From: the human T2T-CHM13v2.0 reference genome, Homo sapiens
DNA: 64,000 nucleotides
Direction of reading: 5' to 3'
Assembly: GCA_009914755.4 (NCBI GenBank)
Contig: CP086569.2
Coordinates: forward strand, 51,200,001-51,264,000
Shown here: positions 14,292-28,582 of the stretch, in pieces
Numbering within the stretch: the stretch's first letter is position 1
Layout of the letters: the number at the start of each line of letters is the position of its first letter
The notes under the pieces: model-generated
Databases searched by the model: none
The model's input: the letters and a program-made list of their open reading frames with translations, nothing else
What the model was told of the DNA's origin: nothing
Position numbers and translations under genes: made by a program

Positions 14292-17200
14292 ATTAAATGG
14301 AAATGAATCAAATTGAATAGCACGGAATTGAATTGAATGGAATGGAATGCAATGGAATCTAATGAAACGGAAAGGAAAGGAATGGAATGGAATGGAATGG
14401 GCTGGAATGGAAAGGAATCGAAACGAATGGAATGGAATCGAACTGAAGAGACTGGAATGGAATGCACTGGAATGGAAGGGAGTGTAATGGAAGGTTCTCG
14501 AAAAAAATGGAATCGAATGGAATGGAATTGAATGGAACGGAATAGAGTCGAATGGAATTGAATGGAATGGAATGGACTAGAGTGAAATGGAATCGAACCA
14601 CAAGGAATGGAGAGGAATAGAATGGTCTCGAATTGAATGGAATCATATGGAATGGCATCAAACGGAATGGAATGGACAGCCACGGAATGGAATGCACTCG
14701 AATGCAATGGAGTCGAAACTAATGGACTGGAATAGAATGGACTCGACTGGTACGGACTCCAATGGAATGGAATCGAATGGAAGGGAATCGAACGGAATGG
14801 ACACGAAGGGAAAAGACTGCAATGGAAAGGTCTCGAATGGAATGGAAATTAATGGAATGGAATGGAATCGAATGAAATGGAGTCAAAAGGAATGGAATCG
14901 AATGGCAAGAAATCGAATGTAATGGAATCGCAAGGAATTGATGTGAACGGAACGGAATGGAATGGAATCCAAAGGAATGGAATAGAATGGAATGGAATCG
15001 AATGGAAAGGACTCGAATGGAAATCACTCGAATAGAATGCAATTTAATAAAATAGGATCAAATATAATGGAATGGAATGGAAAGGAATCGAAACGAAAGG
15101 AATGGAGACAGATGGAATGGAATAGAACAGAGAGCAATGGTATAGAATGGAATGGAATCATCTGGAATGGAATTGAATGGAATGGAATAATATGAAATGG
15201 AATGGAATGGAATGGAATGGAATGCCCTTGAATTAAATGGACTGGAATGGAATGGACTCGAACAGAGTGGAATGGAAAGTGTTGAGATAGAATGGAATGG
15301 ACTCCTTTGGAATGGTGTAGTATGCAATGCAATCGACTGGCAGGGAATCAAAAGGAATGTAATCGAATGGATTGGACTGGAATGCAATGGACTCGAATAG
15401 ATTGCAAACAGAATGCAAAGGAATGGAATGGAATAGTATGGAATGGAATGGAAAGGAATGGAGTGGAATAGACTAGAGTGGAATGGAATGGACTGGAAAG
15501 CAATGGACTGGAATGGAACTTTCTTGAATGGACTGGAATCAAACGGAATGGAATGCAATGCAATCAAATGGCATGGAATAAAATAGAATGAAAGAGAATC
15601 AAATGGAATTGAATCGAATGGAATCGAATGGATTGGAAAGGAATAGAATGGAATGGAATGGAATTGACTCAAATGGAATGGACTAGAATGGAATGGATTC
15701 GAATGGAAGGCAAAGGAATGGAATCTATTGGAATGGACTGTAATGGAATGGAATGGAAGGGATTGGAATGGACTCGAATGGAATGGACTGCAATAGAAAG
15801 GATTTGAATGGAATGAAAAAGAATTGAATGGAATAGAACAGAATGGAATCAAATCGAATGAAATGGAATGGAATAGAAAGGAATGGAATGAAATGGAATG
15901 GAAAGGATTCGAATGGAATGCAATCGAATGGAATGGAATCGAACGGAATGGAATAAAATGGAAGAAAACTGGCAAGAAATGGAATCGAAATGAATGGAGT
16001 GTTATGGAACGGACTCAAAAGGAATTGAATGTAATAGAATGGAGTGGAGTGGACTCGAATATAATGGACTGGAATGGAATGAAATCACATGGAATGGGAA
16101 CGAATGGAATGGAATGGAAAGGAATGGAATCGAATGGAAAGGAATCGAATGGAAGGGAATGAAATTGAATCAACAGGAATGGAAGGGAATAGAATAGACG
16201 GTAATGGAATGGACTCGAATAGAATGGACACGAATGCTCAAATTGAATGGACTCGAATGGAATGGAAACGAAAGGAATGTCATCGAATGGAATTGAATCG
16301 ATTGGAATGAAATCGCATAGAATGGAGTGGAATCAAATGGAATTGAATCGAAAGGAAAGGAAGCGAATGGACTGAAATGAAATGGAATGGAATTGAATGG
16401 AAAGTAATGCAATGGAATAGAATGGAACGAAATTTCACGGAATGGAATCAAACTGAATGGAATCAAATCAATGGAATCAAATCAAATGGAATGGAAAGGA
16501 ATTGAATGGAGTAGATTGGATTGGATGGGATTGGAATGAAATGTACTGGAAAGGACTCGAATTTCATGAAACGGAATGGAATGAATTGGAACGGAATGGA
16601 CTCGAATGGAATGGAATGTCATGGAATGGCATCAAATGGAATGGCATCAAATGGAATGGAATCGAATGCAATGGAATGCTATGGAATGGAATGGAATGCA
16701 TTGGAATGGAATGTCCTCTAATGGAATGGATTCGAGTGGAATGGAATCGAATATAATGGAGTCGAATGAAATGGAATTGAAAGGAATGGGATCGAATACA
16801 ATGGAATATACTGGAATGTAATGTAATGAACTCGAATGTAATTGACTGGAATGGAATGTACATGAATGGAATGTAATCGAATGGAAAGTAATCCAATGGA
16901 ATAGAATCTAATGCAATAAAATCGACTCAGATAGAGTAGAATGTAATGGAATGGAGTGCAGTGCAATGGAATGGAATGGAATGGAATGCAATGGAATGGA
17001 ATGGAATGGAATGGAATGGAATGGAATGGAATGGAATGGAATGGGATGGAATGGTATGGAATGGATAGTAATGGACTGGAGTGAAATGGACTGGAAAGGA
17101 ATGGACTCAAATTGAAAGGGCTCGAAAGGAATGGAGTCAAATGGAATGGTCTGGAATGGAATGAACACGAATGTAATGCAATCCAATAGAATGGAATCGA

Positions 17201-17865
17201 ATGGCATGGAATATAAAGAAATGGATTCGAAGAGAATGGAAACAAATGGAATGGAATTGAATGGAATGGAATTGAATGGAATGGGAACGAATGGAGTGAA
17301 ATTGTATGCAGTAGAAGGGAATAGAATGGAATGCAAGCGAAAGGAAAGGAATGGATTGGAATGGAATGGAATTCATTGGAATGGAAGGGAATGTAGTGTA
17401 ATGGACAGGCCTGGAATAAAGTGGAATGCTACGGTCTCGAATGGAATAAAAATGTATGGAATGGAATACAAAGAAACGGAATCGAATGTCATAGAATGTA
17501 ATGGAATGCAACAAAATGGAATCCAAAATCATTGACTGGAAAGGCTGGGTGTCGAAAGGAATTGACTCCAATGGAATGGAATCGAATGGAATGGAAGTGA
17601 ATAGAATCGAACTAAATCGAATGGAATGGAATTGATAGGAACGGAATGGAAAGGAATGCAATGATTTGGCATGGAATGGAATCGAATGGCATCGAATGGA
17701 ATGGAATGGAATGCAATGGAATGGAATGTATTAGAATGTAATGAACTTTAATGGAATGTACTCGAATGGATTCGACTGGAATGGAATGTTCTGGAAGTGA
17801 ATGGACTCCAATGGAATGGATTCAAAAGGAATGGAATCGTACGGAATGGAATCTAATGGAATGGA
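14292..17865 (+). repeat. HOR unit 5 (3574 bp), family B
   Basis: Anchors at 14292 and 17866. Near-identical to unit 8; one visible SNP at 14811 (gacacgaagg versus gactcgaagg). Confidence 0.9.
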
Positions 17866-20800
17866 ATTAAATGGAAATGAATCAAATTGAATAGCACGGA
17901 ATTGAATTGAATGGAATGGAATGCAATGCAATCTAATGAAACGGAAAGGAAAGGAATGGAATGGAATGGAATGGGCTGGAATGGAAAGGAATCGAAACGA
18001 ATGGAATGGAATCGAACTGAAGAGACTGGAATGGAATGCACTGGAATGGAAGGGAGTGTAATGGAAGGTTCTCGAAAAAAATGGAATCGAATGGAATGGA
18101 ATTGAATGGAACGGAATAGAGTCGAATGGAATTGAATGGAATGGAATGGACTAGAGTGAAATGGAATCAAACCACAAGGAATGGAGAGGAATAGAATGGT
18201 CTCGAATTGAATGGAATCGTATGGAATGGCATCAAACGGAATGGAATGGACAGCCACGGAATGGAATGCACTCGAATGCAATGGAGTCGAAACTAATGGA
18301 CTGGAATAGAATGGACTCGACTGGTACGGACTCCAATGGAATGGAATCGAATGGAAGGGAATCGAACGGAATGGACTCGAAGGGAAAAGACTGCAATGGA
18401 AAGGTCTCGAATGGAATGGAAATTAATGGAATGGAATGGAATCGAATGAAATGGAGTCAAAAGGAATGGAATCGAATGGCAACAAATCGAATGTAATGGA
18501 ATCGCAAGGAATTGATGTGAACGGAACGGAACGGAATGGAATGGAATCCAAAGGAATGGAATAGAATGGAATGGAATCGAATGGAAAGGACTCGAATGGA
18601 AATCACTCGAATAGAATGCAATTTAATAAAATAGGATCAAATGTAATGGAATGGAATGGAAAGGAATCGAAACGAAAGGAATGGAGACAGATGGAATGGA
18701 ATAGAACAGAGAGCAATGGTATGGAATGGAATGGAATCATCTGGAATGGAATTGAATGGAATGGAATAATATGAAATGGAATGGAATGGAATGGAATGGA
18801 ATGGAATGCCCTTGAATTAAATGGACTGGAATGGAATGGACTCGAACAGAGTGGAATGGAAAGTGTTGAGATAGAATGGAATGGACTCCTTTGGAATGGT
18901 GTAGTATGCAATGCAATCGACTGGCAGGGAATCAAAAGGAATGTAATGGAATGGACTGGACTGGAATGCAATGGACTCGAATAGATTGGAAACGGAATGC
19001 AAAGAAATGGAATGGAATAGTATGGAATGGAATGGAAAGGAATGGAGTGGAATAGACTAGAGTGGAATGGAATGGACTGGAAAGCAATGGACTGGAATGG
19101 AACTTTCTTGAATGGACTGGAATCAAACGGAATGGAATGCAATGCAATCAAATGGCATGGAATAAAATAGAATGAAAGAGAATCAAATGGAATTGAATCG
19201 AATGGAATCGAATGGATTGGAAAGGAATAGAATGGAATGGAATGGAATTGACTCAAATGGAATGGACTAGAATGGAATGGATTCGAATGGAAGGCAAAGG
19301 AATGGAATCTATTGGAATGGACTGTAATGGAATGGAATGGAAGGGATTGGAATGGACTCGAATGGAATGGACTGCAATAGAAAGGATTCGAATGGAATGA
19401 AAAAGAATTGAATGGAATAGAACAGAATGGAATCAAATCGAATGAAATGGAATGGAATAGAAAGGAATGGAATGAAATGGAATGGAAAGGATTCGAATGG
19501 AATGCAATCGAATGGAATGGAATCGAACGGAATGGAATAAAATGGAAGAAAACTGGCAAGAAATGGAATCGAAATGAATGGAGTGTTATGGAACGGACTC
19601 AAAAGGAATTGAATGTAATAGAATGGAGTGGAGTGGACTCGAATATAATGGACTGGAATGGAATGAAATCACATGGAATGGGAACGAATGGAATGGAATG
19701 GAAAGGAATGGAATCGAATGGAAAGGAATCGAATGGAAGGGAATGAAATTGAATCAACAGGAATGGAAGGGAATAGAATAGACGGTAATGGAATGGACTC
19801 GAATAGAATGGACACGAATGCTCAAATTGAATGGACTCGAATGGAATGGAAACGAAAGGAATGTCATCGAATGGAATTGAATCGATTGGAATGAAATCGC
19901 ATAGAATGGAGTGGAATCAAATGGAATTGAATCGAAAGGAAAGGAAGCGAATGGACTGAAATGAAATGGAATGGAATTGAATGGAAAGTAATGCAATGGA
20001 ATAGAATGGAACGAAATTTCACGGAATGGAATCAAACTGAATGGAATCAAATCAATGGAATATAATCAAATGGAATGGAAAGGAATTGAATGGAGTAGAT
20101 TGGATTGGATGGGATTGGAATGAAATGTACTGGAAAGGACTCGAATTTCATGAAACGGAATGGAATGAATTGGAACGGAATGGACTCGAATGGAATGGAA
20201 TGTCATGGAATGGCATCAAATGGAATGGCATCAAATGGAATAGAATCGAATGCAATGGAATGCTATGGAATGGAATGGAATGCATTGGAATGGAATGTCC
20301 TCTAATGGAATGGATTCGAGTGGAATGGAATCGAATATAATGGAGTCGAATGAAATGGAATTGAAAGGAATGGGATCGAATACAATGGAATATACTGGAA
20401 TGTAACGTAATGAACTCGAATGTAATTGACTGGAATGGAATGTACATGAATGGAATGTAATCGAATGGAAAGTAATCCAATGGAATAGAATCTAATGCAA
20501 TAAAACCGACTCAGATAGAGTAGAATGTAATGGAATGGAGTGCAGTGCAATGGAATGGAATGGAATGGAATGCAATTGAATGGAATGGAATGGAATGGAA
20601 TGGAATGGAATGGGATGGAATGGTATGGAATGGATAGTAATGGACTGGAGTGAAATGGACTGGAAAGGAATGGACTCAAATTGAAAGGGCTCGAAAGGAA
20701 TGGAGTCAAATGGAATGGTCTGGAATGGAATGAACACGAATGTAATGCAATCCAAAAGAATGGAATCGAATGGCATGGAATATAACGAAATGGAATCGGA

Positions 20801-21434
20801 GAGAATGGAAACAAATGGAATGGAATTGAATGGAATGGAATTGAATGGAATGGGAACGAATGGAGTGAAATTGTATACAGTAGAAGGGAATAGAATGGAA
20901 TGCAAGCGAAAGGAAAGGAATGGATTGGAATGGAATGGAATTCATTGGAATGGAAGGGAATGTAGTGTAATGGACAGGCCTGGAATAAAGTGGAATGCTA
21001 CGGTCTCGAATGGAATAAAAATGTATGGAATGGAATGCAATGAAATGGAATCGAATGTCATAGAATGTAATGGAATGCAACAAAATGGAATCCAAAATCA
21101 TTGACTGGAAAGGCTGGGTGTCGAAAGGAATTGACTCCAATGGAATGGAATCGAATGGAATGGAAGTGAATAGAATCGAACTAAATCGAATGGAATGGAA
21201 TTGATAGGAACGGAATGGAAAGGAATGCAATGATTTGGCATGGAATGGAATCGAATGGCATCGAATGGAATGGAATGGAATGCAATGGAATGGAATGTAT
21301 TAGAATGTAATGAACTTTAATGGAATGTACTCGAATGGATTCGACTGGAATGGAATGTTCTGGAAGTGAATGGACTCCAATGGAATGGATTCCAAAGGAA
21401 TGGAATCGTACGGAATGGAATCTAATGGAATGGA
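17866..21434 (+). repeat. HOR unit 6 (3569 bp), family C
   Basis: Anchors at 17866 and 21435. Private 'MEWNAMQSNETERKG' and 'DCIAFHSIQ' variants shared only with unit 9. Confidence 0.9.
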
Positions 21435-24400
21435 ATTAAATGGAAATGAATCAAATTGAATAGCACGGAATTGAATTGAATGGAATCGAATGCAATGGAA
21501 TCTAATGAAACGGAAAGGAAAGGAATGGAATGGAATGGAATGGGCTGGAATGGAAAGGAATCGAAACGAATGGAATGGAATCGAACTGAAGAGACTGGAA
21601 TGGAATGCACTGGAATGGAAGGGAGTGTAATGGAAGGTTCTCGAAAAAAATGGAATCGAATGGAATGGAATTGAATGGAACGGAATAGAGTCGAATGGAA
21701 TTGAATGGAATGGAATGGACTAGAGTGATATGGAATCGAACCACAAGGAATGGAGAGGAATAGAATGGTCTCGAATTGAATGGAATCGTATGGAGTGGCA
21801 TCAAACGGAATGGAATGGACAGCCACGGAATGGAATGCACTCGAATGCAATGGAGTCGAAACTAATGGACTGGAATAGAATGGACTCGACTGGTACGGAC
21901 TCCAATGGAATGGAATCGAATGGAAGGGAATCGAACGGAATGGACTCGAAGGGAAAAGACTGCAATGGAAAGGTCTCGAATGGAATGGAAATTAATGGAA
22001 TGGAATGGAATCGAATGAAATGGAGTCAAAAGGAATGGAATCGAATGGCAACAAATCGAATGTAATGGAATCGCAAGGAATTGACGTGAAAGGAACGGAA
22101 TGGAATGGAATCCAAAGGAATGGAATAGAATGGAATGGAATCGAATGGAAAGGACTCGAATGGAAATCACTCGAATAGAATGCAATTTAATAAAATAGGA
22201 TCAAATGGAATGGAATGGAATGGAAAGGAATCGAAACGAAAGGAATGGAGACAGATGGAATGGAATGGAACAGAGAGCAATGCTATAGAATGGAATGGAA
22301 TCATCTGGAATGGAATTGAATGGAATGGAATAATATGAAATGGAATGGAATGGAATGGAATGGAATGCCCTTGAATTAAATGGACTGGAATGGAATGGAC
22401 TCCAACAGAGTGGAATGGAAAGTGTTGAGATAGAATGGAATGGACTCCTTTGGAATGGTCTAGTATGCAATGCAATCGACTGGCAGGGAATCAAAAGGAA
22501 TGTAATCGAATGGATTGGACTGGAATGCAATGGACTCGAATAGATTGGAAACGGAATGCAAAGGAATGGAATGGAATAGTATGGAATGGAATGGAAAGGA
22601 ATGGAGTGGAATAGACTAGAGTGGAATGGAATGGACTGGAAAGCAATGGACTGGAATGGAACTTTCTTGAATGGACTGGAATCAAACGGAATGGAATGCA
22701 ATGCAATCAAATGGCATGGAATAAAATAGAATGAAAGAGAATCAAATGGAATTGAATCGAATGGAATCGAATGGATTGGAAAGGAATAGAATGGAATGGA
22801 ATGGAATTGACTCAAATGGAATGGACTAGAATGGAATGGATTCGAATGGAAGGCAAAGGAATGGAATCTATTGGAATGGACTGTAATGGAATGGAATGGA
22901 AGGGATTGGAATGGACTCGAATGGAATGGACTGCAATAGAAAGGATTCCAATGGAATGAAAAAGAATTGAATGGAATAGAACAGAATGGAATCAAATCGA
23001 ATGAAATGGAATGGAATAGAAAGGAATGGAATGAAATGGAATGGAAAGGATTCGAATGGAATGCAATCGAATGGAATGGAATCGAACGGAATGGAATAAA
23101 ATGGAAGAAAACTGGCAAGAAATGGAATCGAAATGAATGGAGTATTATGGAACGGACTCAAAAGGAATTGAATGTAATAGAATGGAGTGGAGTGGACTCG
23201 AATATAATGGACTGGAATGGAATGAAATCACATGGAATGGGAACGAATGGAATGGAATGGAAAGGAATGGAATCGAATGGAAAGGAATCGAATGGAAGGG
23301 AATGAAATTGAATCAACAGGAATGGAAGGGAATAGAATAGACGGTAATGGAATGGACTCGAATAGAATGGACACGAATGCTCAAATTGAATGGACTCGAA
23401 TGGAATGGAAACGAAAGGAATGTCATCGAATGGAATTGAATCGATTGGAATGAAATCGCATAGAATGGAGTGGAATCAAATGGAATTGAATCGAAAGGAA
23501 AGGAAGCGAATGGACTGAAATGAAATGGAATGGAATTGAATGGAAAGTAATGCAATGGAATAGAATGGAACGAAATTTCACGGAATGGAATCAAACTGAA
23601 TGGAATCAAATCAATGGAATCTAATCAAATGGAATGGAAAGGAATTGAATGGAGTAGATTGGATTGGATGGGATTGGAATGAAATCTACTGGAAAGGACT
23701 CGAATTTCATGAAACGGAATGGAATGAATTGGAACGGAATGGACTCGAATGGAATGGAATGTCATGGAATGGCATCAAATGGAATGGCATCAAATGGAAT
23801 GGAATCGAATGCAATGGAATGTTATGGAATGGAATGGAATGCATTGGAATGGAATGTCCTCTAATGGAATGGATTCGAGTGGAATGGAATCGAATATAAT
23901 GGAGTCGAATGAAATGGAATTGAAAGGAATGGGATCGAATAGAATGGAATATACTGGAATGTAATGTAATGAACTCGAATGTAATTGACTGGAATGGAAT
24001 GTACATGAATGGAAGGTAATCGAATGGAAAGTAATCCAATGGAATAGAATCTAATGCAATAAAACCGACTCAGATAGAGTAGAATGTAATGGAATGGAGT
24101 GCAGTGCAATGGAATGGAATGGAATTGAATGCAATGGAATGGAATGGAATGGAATGGAATGGAATGGAATGGAATGGAATGGAATGGGATGGAATGGTAT
24201 GGAATGGATAGAAATGGACTGGAGTGAAATGGACTGGAAAGGAATGGACTCAAATTGAAAGGGCTCGAAAGGAATGGAGTCAAATGGAATGGTCTGGAAT
24301 GGAATGAACACGAATGTAATGCAATCCAATAGAATGGAATCGAATGGCATGGAATATAAAGAAATGGATACGAAGAGAATGGAAACAAATGGAATGGAAT

Positions 24401-25008
24401 TGAATGGAATGGAATTGAATGGAATGGGAACGAATGGAGTGAAATTGTATGCAGTAGAAGGGAATAGAATGGAATGCAAGCGAAAGGAAAGGAATGGATT
24501 GGAATGGAATGGAATTCATTGGAATGGAAGGGAATGTAGTGTAATGGACAGGCCTGGAATAAAGTGGAATGCTACGGTCTCGAATGGAATAAAAATGTAT
24601 GGAATGGAATGCAATGAAACGGAATCGAATGTCATAGAATGTAATGGAATGCAACAAAATGGAATCCAAAATCATTGACTGGAAAGGCTGGGTGTCGAAA
24701 GGAATTGACTCCAATGGAATGGAATCGAATGGAATGGAAGTGAATAGAATCGAACTAAATCGAATGGAATGGAATTGATAGGAACGGAATGGAAAGGAAT
24801 GCAATGATTTGGCATGGAATGGAATCGAATGGCATCGAATGGAATGGAATGGAATGCAATGGAATGGAATGTATTAGAATGTAATGAACTTTAATGGAAT
24901 GTACTCGAATGGATTCGACTGGAATGGAATGTTCTGGAAGTGAATGGACTCCAATGGAATGGATTCAAAAGGAATGGAATCGTACGGAATGGAATCTAAT
25001 GGAATGGA
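21435..25008 (+). repeat. HOR unit 7 (3574 bp). The first ~650 bp resembles the start of unit 10; the rest resembles unit 4.
   Basis: Anchors at 21435 and 25009. At 22081 it reads ttgacgtgaaaggaacgg, as unit 10 does at 32800. From ~22190 onward it equals unit 4. Confidence 0.9.
24133..24187 (+). repeat. Pure (AATGG)11 tract in unit 7. This is the homologue of 13411-13470, one pentamer shorter.
   Basis: Counted directly. This 5-bp difference accounts for the 10,722-bp versus 10,717-bp lengths of the duplicated three-unit blocks. Confidence 0.85.
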
Positions 25009-28000
25009 ATTAAATGGAAATGAATCAAATTGAATAGCACGGAATTGAATTGAATGGAATGGAATGCAATGGAATCTAATGAAACGGAAAGGAAAGGAAT
25101 GGAATGGAATGGAATGGGCTGGAATGGAAAGGAATCGAAACGAATGGAATGGAATCGAACTGAAGAGACTGGAATGGAATGCACTGGAATGGAAGGGAGT
25201 GTAATGGAAGGTTCTCGAAAAAAATGGAATCGAATGGAATGGAATTGAATGGAACGGAATAGAGTCGAATGGAATTGAATGGAATGGAATGGACTAGAGT
25301 GAAATGGAATCGAACCACAAGGAATGGAGAGGAATAGAATGGTCTCGAATTGAATGGAATCATATGGAATGGCATCAAACGGAATGGAATGGACAGCCAC
25401 GGAATGGAATGCACTCGAATGCAATGGAGTCGAAACTAATGGACTGGAATAGAATGGACTCGACTGGTACGGACTCCAATGGAATGGAATCGAATGGAAG
25501 GGAATCGAACGGAATGGACTCGAAGGGAAAAGACTGCAATGGAAAGGTCTCGAATGGAATGGAAATTAATGGAATGGAATGGAATCGAATGAAATGGAGT
25601 CAAAAGGAATGGAATCGAATGGCAAGAAATCGAATGTAATGGAATCGCAAGGAATTGATGTGAACGGAACGGAATGGAATGGAATCCAAAGGAATGGAAT
25701 AGAATGGAATGGAATCGAATGGAAAGGACTCGAATGGAAATCACTCGAATAGAATGCAATTTAATAAAATAGGATCAAATATAATGGAATGGAATGGAAA
25801 GGAATCGAAACGAAAGGAATGGAGACAGATGGAATGGAATAGAACAGAGAGCAATGGTATAGAATGGAATGGAATCATCTGGAATGGAATTGAATGGAAT
25901 GGAATAATATGAAATGGAATGGAATGGAATGGAATGGAATGCCCTTGAATTAAATGGACTGGAATGGAATGGACTCGAACAGAGTGGAATGGAAAGTGTT
26001 GAGATAGAATGGAATGGACTCCTTTGGAATGGTGTAGTATGCAATGCAATCGACTGGCAGGGAATCAAAAGGAATGTAATCGAATGGATTGGACTGGAAT
26101 GCAATGGACTCGAATAGATTGCAAACAGAATGCAAAGGAATGGAATGGAATAGTATGGAATGGAATGGAAAGGAATGGAGTGGAATAGACTAGAGTGGAA
26201 TGGAATGGACTGGAAAGCAATGGACTGGAATGGAACTTTCTTGAATGGACTGGAATCAAACGGAATGGAATGCAATGCAATCAAATGGCATGGAATAAAA
26301 TAGAATGAAAGAGAATCAAATGGAATTGAATCGAATGGAATCGAATGGATTGGAAAGGAATAGAATGGAATGGAATGGAATTGACTCAAATGGAATGGAC
26401 TAGAATGGAATGGATTCGAATGGAAGGCAAAGGAATGGAATCTATTGGAATGGACTGTAATGGAATGGAATGGAAGGGATTGGAATGGACTCGAATGGAA
26501 TGGACTGCAATAGAAAGGATTTGAATGGAATGAAAAAGAATTGAATGGAATAGAACAGAATGGAATCAAATCGAATGAAATGGAATGGAATAGAAAGGAA
26601 TGGAATGAAATGGAATGGAAAGGATTCGAATGGAATGCAATCGAATGGAATGGAATCGAACGGAATGGAATAAAATGGAAGAAAACTGGCAAGAAATGGA
26701 ATCGAAATGAATGGAGTGTTATGGAACGGACTCAAAAGGAATTGAATGTAATAGAATGGAGTGGAGTGGACTCGAATATAATGGACTGGAATGGAATGAA
26801 ATCACATGGAATGGGAACGAATGGAATGGAATGGAAAGGAATGGAATCGAATGGAAAGGAATCGAATGGAAGGGAATGAAATTGAATCAACAGGAATGGA
26901 AGGGAATAGAATAGACGGTAATGGAATGGACTCGAATAGAATGGACACGAATGCTCAAATTGAATGGACTCGAATGGAATGGAAACGAAAGGAATGTCAT
27001 CGAATGGAATTGAATCGATTGGAATGAAATCGCATAGAATGGAGTGGAATCAAATGGAATTGAATCGAAAGGAAAGGAAGCGAATGGACTGAAATGAAAT
27101 GGAATGGAATTGAATGGAAAGTAATGCAATGGAATAGAATGGAACGAAATTTCACGGAATGGAATCAAACTGAATGGAATCAAATCAATGGAATCAAATC
27201 AAATGGAATGGAAAGGAATTGAATGGAGTAGATTGGATTGGATGGGATTGGAATGAAATGTACTGGAAAGGACTCGAATTTCATGAAACGGAATGGAATG
27301 AATTGGAACGGAATGGACTCGAATGGAATGGAATGTCATGGAATGGCATCAAATGGAATGGCATCAAATGGAATGGAATCGAATGCAATGGAATGCTATG
27401 GAATGGAATGGAATGCATTGGAATGGAATGTCCTCTAATGGAATGGATTCGAGTGGAATGGAATCGAATATAATGGAGTCGAATGAAATGGAATTGAAAG
27501 GAATGGGATCGAATACAATGGAATATACTGGAATGTAATGTAATGAACTCGAATGTAATTGACTGGAATGGAATGTACATGAATGGAATGTAATCGAATG
27601 GAAAGTAATCCAATGGAATAGAATCTAATGCAATAAAATCGACTCAGATAGAGTAGAATGTAATGGAATGGAGTGCAGTGCAATGGAATGGAATGGAATG
27701 GAATGCAATGGAATGGAATGGAATGGAATGGAATGGAATGGAATGGAATGGAATGGAATGGGATGGAATGGTATGGAATGGATAGTAATGGACTGGAGTG
27801 AAATGGACTGGAAAGGAATGGACTCAAATTGAAAGGGCTCGAAAGGAATGGAGTCAAATGGAATGGTCTGGAATGGAATGAACACGAATGTAATGCAATC
27901 CAATAGAATGGAATCGAATGGCATGGAATATAAAGAAATGGATTCGAAGAGAATGGAAACAAATGGAATGGAATTGAATGGAATGGAATTGAATGGAATG

Positions 28001-28582
28001 GGAACGAATGGAGTGAAATTGTATGCAGTAGAAGGGAATAGAATGGAATGCAAGCGAAAGGAAAGGAATGGATTGGAATGGAATGGAATTCATTGGAATG
28101 GAAGGGAATGTAGTGTAATGGACAGGCCTGGAATAAAGTGGAATGCTACGGTCTCGAATGGAATAAAAATGTATGGAATGGAATACAAAGAAACGGAATC
28201 GAATGTCATAGAATGTAATGGAATGCAACAAAATGGAATCCAAAATCATTGACTGGAAAGGCTGGGTGTCGAAAGGAATTGACTCCAATGGAATGGAATC
28301 GAATGGAATGGAAGTGAATAGAATCGAACTAAATCGAATGGAATGGAATTGATAGGAACGGAATGGAAAGGAATGCAATGATTTGGCATGGAATGGAATC
28401 GAATGGCATCGAATGGAATGGAATGGAATGCAATGGAATGGAATGTATTAGAATGTAATGAACTTTAATGGAATGTACTCGAATGGATTCGACTGGAATG
28501 GAATGTTCTGGAAGTGAATGGACTCCAATGGAATGGATTCAAAAGGAATGGAATCGTACGGAATGGAATCTAATGGAATGGA
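25009..28582 (+). repeat. HOR unit 8 (3574 bp), family B, equal to unit 5
   Basis: Anchors at 25009 and 28583. The ORF-track translations are identical to those of unit 5 apart from one residue. Confidence 0.9.

Noticed and set aside
17731-17931. Extra 66-aa '-' strand ORF present only in units 6, 9 and 18 (17731-17931, 28448-28648, and the 60479-60964 fusion)
   Set aside because: It appears only because unit-private substitutions remove a stop codon in the same artefactual IPFHS-type frame. It co-segregates with the duplicated block and is not a gene.
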